From Balanoglossus misakiensis (Eukaryota > Animalia > Hemichordata): DNA of 64,000 bases. Shown piece by piece: positions 55,661-64,000 of this stretch (the stretch's first letter is position 1; every line of letters begins with the position of its first letter). The notes below the pieces were generated by a model, which was not told where the DNA came from, ran no database searches, and was given only the letters and a program-made list of their open reading frames with translations. The stretch is taken from positions 9,473,677 through 9,537,676 of the forward strand of contig CM082592.2 in NCBI GenBank assembly GCA_040954595.2, written 5' to 3'. Position numbers and translations under genes: made by a program.

Positions 55661-55718
55661 AGCCGCCCACGATGGGCAGGATCCAATCGGAATTGGCCAA
55701 TGACTGTGGGGTTATTGG
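55661..55718 (-). promoter_or_regulatory. Putative proximal promoter of the guanylyl cyclase gene: GC-box-like element plus four CCAAT/ATTGG boxes
   Basis: GCCGCCC at about 55662; CCAAT at 55683 and 55697; ATTGG at 55692 and 55714. All lie 85-140 nt upstream of the ATG at 55576. Confidence 0.45.
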
Positions 55719-57728
55719 TTTAATAGTTTCGCCAGTTTCGTGGGTATATCATTGAGGGCGATGTCATCCTTTAGCAGAAACGAGAGCCGAGGCGTTAACT
55801 CTTTAATACCATATTATTGGAGTGCGGAATTTTTCGATCTCATTATATGTACAAGGGATCATTACAAAAGGAGGATAGAGATCTTATGGTTTAATAATAA
55901 CAAGGGGGGGGGGGGATCATATTCATTAAAATTAAAAATTCATAAGAAGTATACCGTGCTTATTACGTACAAATACGCATTTTGGTGGCAATTTCACCTT
56001 CGAAAATAAGTCAAAGCAAATCTCGTAAGCTATCTCAAGTGAAAGCTTCTTATTACCTAGACTATGAACTATGATTGTACATTGTACCATTCTCATTAGA
56101 AAGTTACATGTATCTTCCTGTATGTCAGAATCCCTCCTATTATACTTCAATAATATGACTTAAATTGTTTCTTTTATATTTTAGGAGGTCGACAAAAATA
56201 TCAGGGATCATTAGACAAAGTATTATAACTCCCATTGAGATACAATTCCACAAGAGTCACGACTTGGGTACTTTCCCACATCGTTGTAAGCTTAAATATC
56301 CCGGATAAATTTACAATCAGAATTTTATAATGGGCATGACCTATACTTTTCCTGATTAAAAACAACACAAGTGGGTCTGACAGTATTGATGGTTTGATGG
56401 TTCGCATTATCGTGTGATATACAATCTCGCTTGCAAATATCACCCCAAGGCAACCGCTATTACTTAACTTCTGGGATATTGGCCGGGGTGAACCAAATCA
56501 TTCAAAGATGTTAAAATGATGAGGTGAGTGAAAGGGAGTTGGAATTAAGAGGAGCCCTGTTCGTGTATTGGAACTGAACTTAGGGGGCATAGATCTGCCT
56601 CGTTGTAATATGAAGGTTTATTTCACTGTTTTCACATATTATAAAGAGGGCGGACTTTCCTTGTGGGATGATGTACATGTACATGTACTGGTCTACATAT
56701 CTGATTTGCCCAATTATCAAATGTTCCATTTCATTTGTTTAATGCAGGGAAGGGATGGTTAATGTAACAGTCACTTTTTGCAGCTATTTTAGCTTCTTGT
56801 AATCACACTTTATGGACAAACTGTGTTGTTACTGGGGGAACTTTGGTAATCAATTTAAAAAGTATTTCTAACACAGCAATATCAATGTACTGTGGAATAC
56901 CACTGATGTAGGGTACCTAACAATTTAAATCACATTTTGAAGACATGAGCTTGTTCCAAAACTGCCCCCAGGACTTGACGAGACACGCGACAAATTCATA
57001 ACGTCAGTCATGAATGACCTAAAGATATTTTCACACTCTCAACATTTACATTTTTGTTGGCACGTTTCTAACGAAATAAAGTTGACTGTGGTGAATGTAC
57101 TCTTGTATTGTGGCTACAGTCATAGTATATTTGAAGTGTGCCCCAGTTTTGCAGCGTTTGGTCCTTATGCGGTATGGAATTGTTGATCTTATGTCACTCT
57201 CCGTCTCGTGCCCATTGTTTTAAATTTAAACTTTCACCTTCCGAAAGGTGGTTCATTTCACTGTTTAGCCGTGTAAACTTGTAAACCAAGTTGGTTTACG
57301 CTTAGCCAAAGACAGCCGATAAAGTTGTGTAGAAAGGAGTGTTTTACACACTGAGCATTAAACACGAATCTGGGTTCGTTTTTTTATTATCTCCACTTGT
57401 GCTGTAGGCCTAGGCTGTTCAAGTCAGATTTCAATCGAGCCTCGGGCAAAGACGTGATAATTGCTACAAATTCGCACGTTGCAGCCTTCGTATTAAAGTA
57501 AGACCAATATCGTGGAATATTGTCAGAGCGATTGTTGTTTATTTCAAAAAGAAAACAAAATGAACACGAGAAAAATTGTCATTGAAATGGTCATGCTCTA
57601 GCTCAAACTTTCAGTACGCTTATAGTCTATTACGGACTCTGCTTGTAGGCCTATGTGCGCTTGAAATACGCCGACGGGGAGTTCCCCGAATCGTTTCTGA
57701 AAATATTCGTATACTTGAGGGGTCCTAA

Positions 57729-57931
57729 CACTTCCGGTATGCCCGGTAAAAGTCTGTCTTGCGGAAAAATAAGAAACATTTAAGCCCATTAAAGATATAA
57801 GCCAGATTTTATAAGTTAAATTTTTTGCCCTCCAATAGTAGAAGCAGGTGATTGTGTTCCTTGCCCCTAGCCCCTTTCTGAAATCGTGTGTCGATATCCT
57901 GCGTTCCACATTGCACAACAAGATGGCGGCG
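57729..57931 (+). promoter_or_regulatory. Putative GCN1 housekeeping promoter motifs (ETS site; YY1 site over the start codon)
   Basis: CACTTCCGGT (ETS consensus) at about 57729-57738 and CAAGATGGCGGC (YY1 consensus) overlapping the ATG at 57923. Confidence 0.45.
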
Positions 57932-60900
57932 GACAGTAGGGTAAGCATGTTTTGTGGTCGCTGAGAGGTTTTATCTACGATCGACTGTTTCTTGACAAAG
58001 TAGACTCCGAATTCTATGATTTCTGAATTAAATTCACAGGTTTTAGAGGTCCTCAAAGAATTTTCTTCGAAGGCGACGACGTCAAGCACCAATGAACGAC
58101 GCAGAATCCTATCCGATCTGGTACCATGTGTTACAAAAGCTGGTAAGCTACATATCAAATACAATCAAGAAACTCTGTTCAAACTCGGAGACATTCTATT
58201 GATCGGTACAAACTCTGCCGATCGGGGACACCTAGGAAGTTGCTGTATGCGATTTGTCATCCTCGATCGGAACTAGGATGTGGTACTGGTAGTATTTTCC
58301 CAGTCAGGAGACATGCAAAACAGAGCCTGACCTATGCATTATGAAAGCTACACAATGTACATGTGCATGTATAAAGATGCACGAGTTTTGTAAGTGGCAA
58401 GCCTAAACGAATCCCTCATTCGAGGACACTCCCTGTGGCCCCCCCCCCCGGGAGCGCCCCCAAACGACGGATTTTCCAAGCTATGCAACAGAAAAACATT
58501 AACATAACAATTATCTTTACTGTTATGCAAATCAGCCATCTCTCTGCCAGAAAGTCTTGGGGAGAACACTGACCCCATATTCAGCAGTACTGAAAAACAT
58601 GTACATGTATTGGAAAAGGATGTAGCGCAGAGTTGAAATTATAAAGGTCCTATCTTCTTATACAGATTTACCTGAGAAGACCATCAAGGTTCTCTGTAAA
58701 ACACTGACATATACCATTCCGAGGTATCAGGATGTCTCCTCCAGGCGTGATGTAGAAAAGGTCTTGAAACAACTGACAAGCGTTCATGGGGTTGGAGCTG
58801 TAAAGACTGTGATTACGGTGTTGGCTGATCAAGCTATGATGCAGAAAAGTCTCGATCCCACGTAAGTGTTTGTGTGCGCCGTGATGATGGTGATGATGAT
58901 GATGATGATGATGATGATGAGGATGATTGATCAATTGGCGACAATGATGACGAAGATGATGTTGTCTTTCATTTAAGGACCTAGTTAACTGAGTTTTTCA
59001 CATTACAATATTATCCCATTTTTCTGCGATGTTAACCTTTTCCTCTGTGTCTTCCCATTCAGCCCAGCAACAGCCAGCGCTGCAATGGTTGCATTGAGTT
59101 GGACAATAATCCTCTCTCAGTATTGCTTATCAGCAAAAGAAGACGTTGATGAAAATGTTCTCAAAAAACTGGTAAGTCCCCCCTCCTTTTAAATGTTTTG
59201 CATATTTACAGAATTTGGTGACATGTTTCTGACCAGAAATATGTGAGCAAATAAATTGAAGACATTTGTGTTTTTTTCTCCCGAACTGCAGGTTGAAATT
59301 CAAAGTCTCTTTGCGTATGGTGCACTCAGTTGTACAAGGAAGTCCATCAGCGATTCAGCTTATAGAAAACTGAAAAAAATGTGGCGAGAGGTAAGACTTT
59401 TATACTACGGCAGCAACTCATATTTGTTCCATATGATATGATTTGCAGTTGAAGATGTGATATGATACGACCTAATAATAATCTTTGACCCTTCCCATAG
59501 TGCCATGTATGCTGTGAATGTTGGGAAATAACACAGTATGACTTTTGACAGGTCAAACCTATCAGGTGTCATAATAATGTAAATAACAGTACATTGTTTG
59601 GTTACAGAATCCAGAATCAGTGGACACATACATCGGCACAATTGGAAAGTTACAAAGCGAACTTTCCTTCTATCAGATGTGTCTGATCGGCCAGATGGTC
59701 AGATACTTTGCAGAGGTCAAGGACTCGGCCAGAATCAACCAACACAAGAAAGCATTGCTGGACTTTTATGTGAAAACTGTGATCGGCAGTAAAGTGAAAC
59801 CCTCAAAGCAAGCTCTGGTGAGTGTCCAGTCATTACATGGGGTTTCCCCAGGCTGTTGTAGTTTCTACATTAGCACAATATACTTAACAGATGAACTTCT
59901 TTCATTCGCAGATGCACAGCCAACATCTACTGAAACATGTGACCCACGATGAATTCAAAGACTTGATTCTGCCGGCCGCCCAAAAGGCGATGCTGAGAAA
60001 CCCAGAGAATGCACTCAGAGGTATGAATGGAAAGATATACTTTCTTGGCATGAACTTCTGGATAGTCAAATTTACCTCGGAAGAAATGTGAAAGTGTGTT
60101 GGTGGTAGTCTTTTGAACTTGTTAAACAGGATTGAAACATGATTACAAGCATCATGGCTGTTTTATGTTGATTTCATTCATCTTCATTACTATTGTTTCT
60201 CTCAAATTGCAGCACTGGGTGAGTTACTTGATGGCGTCTCCATTGATCTGAGTCAATACACCAAGGAACTCGGGAAACTACTTGGAAGTAAGTCCTCGCA
60301 AGGGTAGACACCATTTACTAGCACTAGTTAAACAGGCAAAAGTTTTCTTGCATATTTATCCATACTGAGACTTCTAACCCGCACATTCATTTTTCTGCAA
60401 TCCATAGGATTAATTTTGACCTCACACTCCTGACTTCATTGGTTCCTTTCTGTCTGTCTTTTCAGCTCATCTGATCTCCAAAGAAGATCTAACCAGGGAG
60501 GAGGCAGTGGAGAGTTCTAAGAACCTTGCTAAGCAGTGCAGCGATCCTGGTGCTTTGGAAGACTTGGCCCAGCACTTCTTTGCTGTACTTAATGGTAAGG
60601 TTTACACACAGCTACTATGTACAATACAATACAATACTATACAATAAAATATATAAACTAGTCTCATTGTGAAGCACACTGTATGTTTAGTTGAACCAAA
60701 ACATTGAATCCAAAACATACTGTAACCTACAGGTTCAGAGGGCAAGCTAGCCATGGTCACTCAACGTATCGCCGTGTTGTCCGGCCTTGGAAATATCACC
60801 TACAACTCTGTGAGTGGCACAAGTGTGCAGGGCCTGGCAGCAACTGTGTGTGAAAAATTCATACCCTACTTACAGCAAGAAGGTATGTGGTCTGATTATG

Positions 60901-63842
60901 TGATAAACAGTGTGTGTAACCTTTGAAAGTACAGGAGTTGTTGCAAATATATCTGAGTCAAATACAGGTTTCAAGATTCACTGTTATGTACTAAGCAGAG
61001 AACCATGTCATGGTGACGTATTCAGTATTAGGGGCTGGTGATGAGATAACGCAGTATGCATTATAGAGTCAACCATGAATGATGCCAAGCCGAAGCAGGT
61101 CACAATGAATCTAACTGACTTTGACCAACTTCAACACCTGTCTTATATGCAGTTCACGAAGGCACCCTTGTACACGCACTGACTGTGATGTCACTCTGGT
61201 GCGCCAAGTTCTCCACGCAAGTGCCCACCAAGCTGATTGAATGGTTCAAGAAGGGCATCACATTGAAGACGTCTACCTCAACAGTCAGAAACGCTTATCT
61301 GCAGTGTATGCTAGCTGCTTTCCAAGGTACGCAAATGTACACAGACCTCATCCTACAATACACACCACTTCTAACTGACCTGAAATTAACTCCTATAAGC
61401 TATTGTGATATTAGTTTTTAAAGAAAGGTTAAAAGACAAATTGTCTGGATATTTTCATTCAAGTCTTTTGCTTTGAATTTGTTTAGGGGATACTTTAATC
61501 CAGGGGATGGATATACTACCAATTTTACTGAAAGCTGTTGAAAAGGCTAATGCCCAGTCCAGCCAGGCAAGTCTAGTCACCGAGGGACTCACTGCTACTT
61601 GCTTATTAGTGAAAATGTCATTGGCTGATATCCAGGCTGGTGAGTACAGTTGCCCAATCAGGCTTGGGCTTTCAAATCATGTTCACACTACCCACAGTAC
61701 AGATGTTCTGATTAATTTTCATGAAAGTCATGTTTGGAAACACATTCCATGTAGAATCTATGTCAAAGACAGGTTTCCATGGTCACCTCTTGTGTCTCCT
61801 ATCATCTAATGCACTGTGGCCTTCTCTTTTTCAGAATCCAAACTGGGGCAGTTTTGGACGGTCCTCTTGAATCCAAACAAGCAGTTGTTTGTGTCAGAAA
61901 AAATTCTGTCATCTTCCCCAGTAGATGGTAAGTAGATCGCATGACAGTGTGTTTATTGTCAAGATTTCCAGTATTTTACAATAGAAATGAGTGAAGGAGA
62001 CTTAGTTGCCATGGTTGGATTTTTTTTCTGAGTCATGTGACCATTTCTGTACTTGTTGAATTATGACTCAATTTGCTGATTTTCTTTCAGTTCTACAGAG
62101 TGCCTTGCTTCTGACAGAAAGGCTTCTGATGGATCACGCACAGAGACTATCACCTGATGTTGTTGGGTAGGTGTCTGTTTCTCTCGAATAAATGTCCATT
62201 TCACTCTTGCAGTTGTCTGTTTCTCTGTTTGGGTTGTCTATTTATCTGCAATAGATTATCTACAATGGTTGCCTGGTAACTTAGGTAAATCTTTTTCCCC
62301 AGGCAATATCAGCGTGCTTTAGTATCGCTGCTTGTTCATCCCACATGGAGCCTGCGCCAAAGTGCTCACCAGAGTTGTGGGAAGTTGCTGAAAGCAGTTG
62401 GAGGGACGGAGCTGGCCTACGGGCTGCTGAGGGAATTCAGAGCGATACTGGCCACACAGAAGGTGAGTGGTTTTTGTGAGAAAAGTAAAGATCAGCAACA
62501 GCGAATGTCCATAAAACAGCGATTGCCAATCTCTGAGTGTGATGAATGAGAGTCTTTTATCATTCGTCAAATCTTAACCAATCACGACTTCCGTTCTTTC
62601 GCCACTCCAAGGTCATCGACTGGGAGGCGTTGTCCCAGGAAACAGAAGAAGGCAGTGCTGAGACCTCCAAGATGATTCGTCCCAAGATTTTGGCGTCAGC
62701 GCTCCGGACCATAGTGTTGGGGCCAGAGCTAGAAAGCAACCAACAAGAGAGTCGGAAGCTGGCCATGGAAATCTTACTGGATGTACACCACCAATGCCTA
62801 GGTTGGTGTCATTTAACTTCTTTATTGAAACACTGCTTTATAACCTGTAGATTCTCAAAGTTTACTAATCGTTGCTTCTATTTGATCGCACACTCGTTCA
62901 TTAACCTATGATGTTATTTCAGTTTGTGCCAATAGTAACCTGTGGACCGATTTGGCGTTGAAACTGAAAGTGGACCCACTGAAGTTTGTCCAAGACAATG
63001 TGGATGAGATAATGACCTTGCTGACAGCCGAAAACAAGATTACTGAGGTAATGCAATCAAGTGTTATAGTGGAAACTTATCTATGGTTGTCTATAGTGGT
63101 CACGTTGTTACAGGGACTGAACTTGAGAGTGTGTACCATGTCTACATGTACCATGTGTACATGTCAAGGGTAATTTACAATTCATTCTTTTGTCTGAACA
63201 GCCCACACTGAATACTTTGAAGACCCTGGTGTTCATTTCACCCAAGGAGATCCTGCCCCGTGTCATAGGTCACACCACCAGTTGTCTTGACAACCCGGGA
63301 GCATATGCCATACAAAGGGAAGAGTATGCGATCATGCTGACACCCGAGGGGACCGTGTACGACAAATCGGAGATTGAAAGGTGAGGTTCAACAATCTAAC
63401 CTTATTGTTATATGATCTGGTGAACAAATGACAAAAAACTACTTCAATTCCTGGACTTTTGAGTGGCCTTGATCATAATGGACACAGATGAAGTTATGTA
63501 CGTTTTTTCTGAATGCGATTACTTTCTTTCCAGTGCTGGCAAAGCCGAGATGCTGAACAAGGGATCCATGCGTCGGGAAAACAAGGCTTATTCCTTCAAG
63601 GATCAGCTGATGGAGATAGAACTGAGAAAGGTAGGTTTGTCAAACAGGACTGAATTCATAACTGGACATTGATATCACATCACATAGACAATGATATGGA
63701 TTATTCTCTGTAAATTCAGGAACTGGAAGCAAAGAAAGCAGCCAAAGGCGGGAAACAAGAACCCAAACTGACAAAGAAACAACTGGAGCTGAGACAGGCA
63801 CAGCTAGAAAAGGAAGCTGCCGTCCGAGTGAAATTTCAGGAG
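57923..63842 (+). CDS. GCN1: GCN1 (stalled-ribosome sensor / eIF2-alpha kinase GCN2 activator, HEAT-repeat protein), first 20 coding exons (about 856 codons); gene continues beyond the right edge
   Basis: Exons: 57923-57940, 58040-58142, 58666-58861, 59063-59171, 59292-59390, 59608-59817, 59912-60020, 60213-60287, 60466-60594, 60733-60882, 61153-61326, 61487-61639, 61835-61927, 62091-62166, 62303-62462, 62612-62801, 62923-63047, 63202-63380, 63534-63630, 63720-63842. All introns are GT-AG with consistent phases. The N-terminus MAADSRVLEVLKEFSSKATTSSTNERRRILSDL matches recalled human GCN1 (MAADTQVSETLKRFAGKVTTASVKERREILSEL). Also present: HDEFKDLILPAAQKAMLRNPE, EEYAIMLTPEG and MRRENKAYSFKDQLMEIELRKE. 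Confidence 0.96.
58882..58960. repeat. (GAT)n microsatellite in GCN1 intron 3
   Basis: Directly visible. Confidence 0.95.
60619..60650. repeat. Short (TACAA)n repeat in a GCN1 intron
   Basis: tacaa tacaa tacaa tacta tacaa taaaa is visible. Confidence 0.75.
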
Positions 63843-64000
63843 GTAAGTCAGCCAGGTTCTGCAGTCATTTATATGTAATAGAACACATGCAAATGTAATC
63901 CAATTCCCCTGTCGCACATGCCAAAATGTGAAGAAACTGCCATTTGCTCAGTAATCCTTGAATAAAAGATTTTTGTGTGGGATTATGAGTTTATCATCAC

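Noticed and set aside
57598-58164. 188-aa minus-strand ORF, the longest unexplained ORF in the track
   Set aside because: It is antisense to GCN1 exons 1-2 and its promoter and has no recognisable motif; most likely a shadow ORF.
58668-58934. Poly-His ORF on the minus strand
   Set aside because: It is the antisense reading of the (GAT)n intronic repeat plus GCN1 exon 3; there are no independent gene signals.
61038-61118. Possible box C/D snoRNA in GCN1 intron 10 (GTGATGA ... CTGA)
   Set aside because: There is no terminal stem and no recognisable rRNA-complementary guide, and the D box is only about 35 nt from the acceptor. A snoscan/Infernal hit would be needed.
1-64000. CRISPR arrays, operons, rRNA/tRNA genes or other prokaryote-type systems
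   Set aside because: The window is intron-rich animal DNA, with no repeat-spacer array, long intronless ORF or structural RNA gene visible.

Overview
This is AT-rich eukaryotic (animal) genomic DNA with many short GT-AG introns. It is probably a marine invertebrate deuterostome (hemichordate-like), but that is a weak inference from gene content and sequence texture. Four spliced protein-coding genes were reconstructed by hand using splice-site and phase logic. (1) The 5' part of TTC28 (minus): exons at 28400-28432 and 14542-14856, followed by a >14.5 kb intron running off the left edge. (2) A complete 17-exon SMYD4 (minus, 30989-38152, 829 aa). (3) A complete 24-exon natriuretic-peptide-receptor-type membrane guanylyl cyclase (minus, 41019-55576, 1069 aa). 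(4) The first 20 coding exons of GCN1 (plus, from 57923, running off the right edge). Other features are a decayed 5' fragment of a non-LTR retrotransposon just upstream of TTC28, TTAA-flanked piggyBac-type MITEs, other repeat fragments and several microsatellites. No prokaryote-type system, CRISPR array, rRNA or tRNA is supported. I found no clearly novel biological system. The best leads are regulatory: candidate alternative first exons in TTC28 intron 2, stacked uORFs in the TTC28 leader, an intron-retention switch changing the cyclase C-terminus, a GATA+ATF triplet, and possible ancient synteny. Most short ORFs in the supplied track are intronic or antisense noise.
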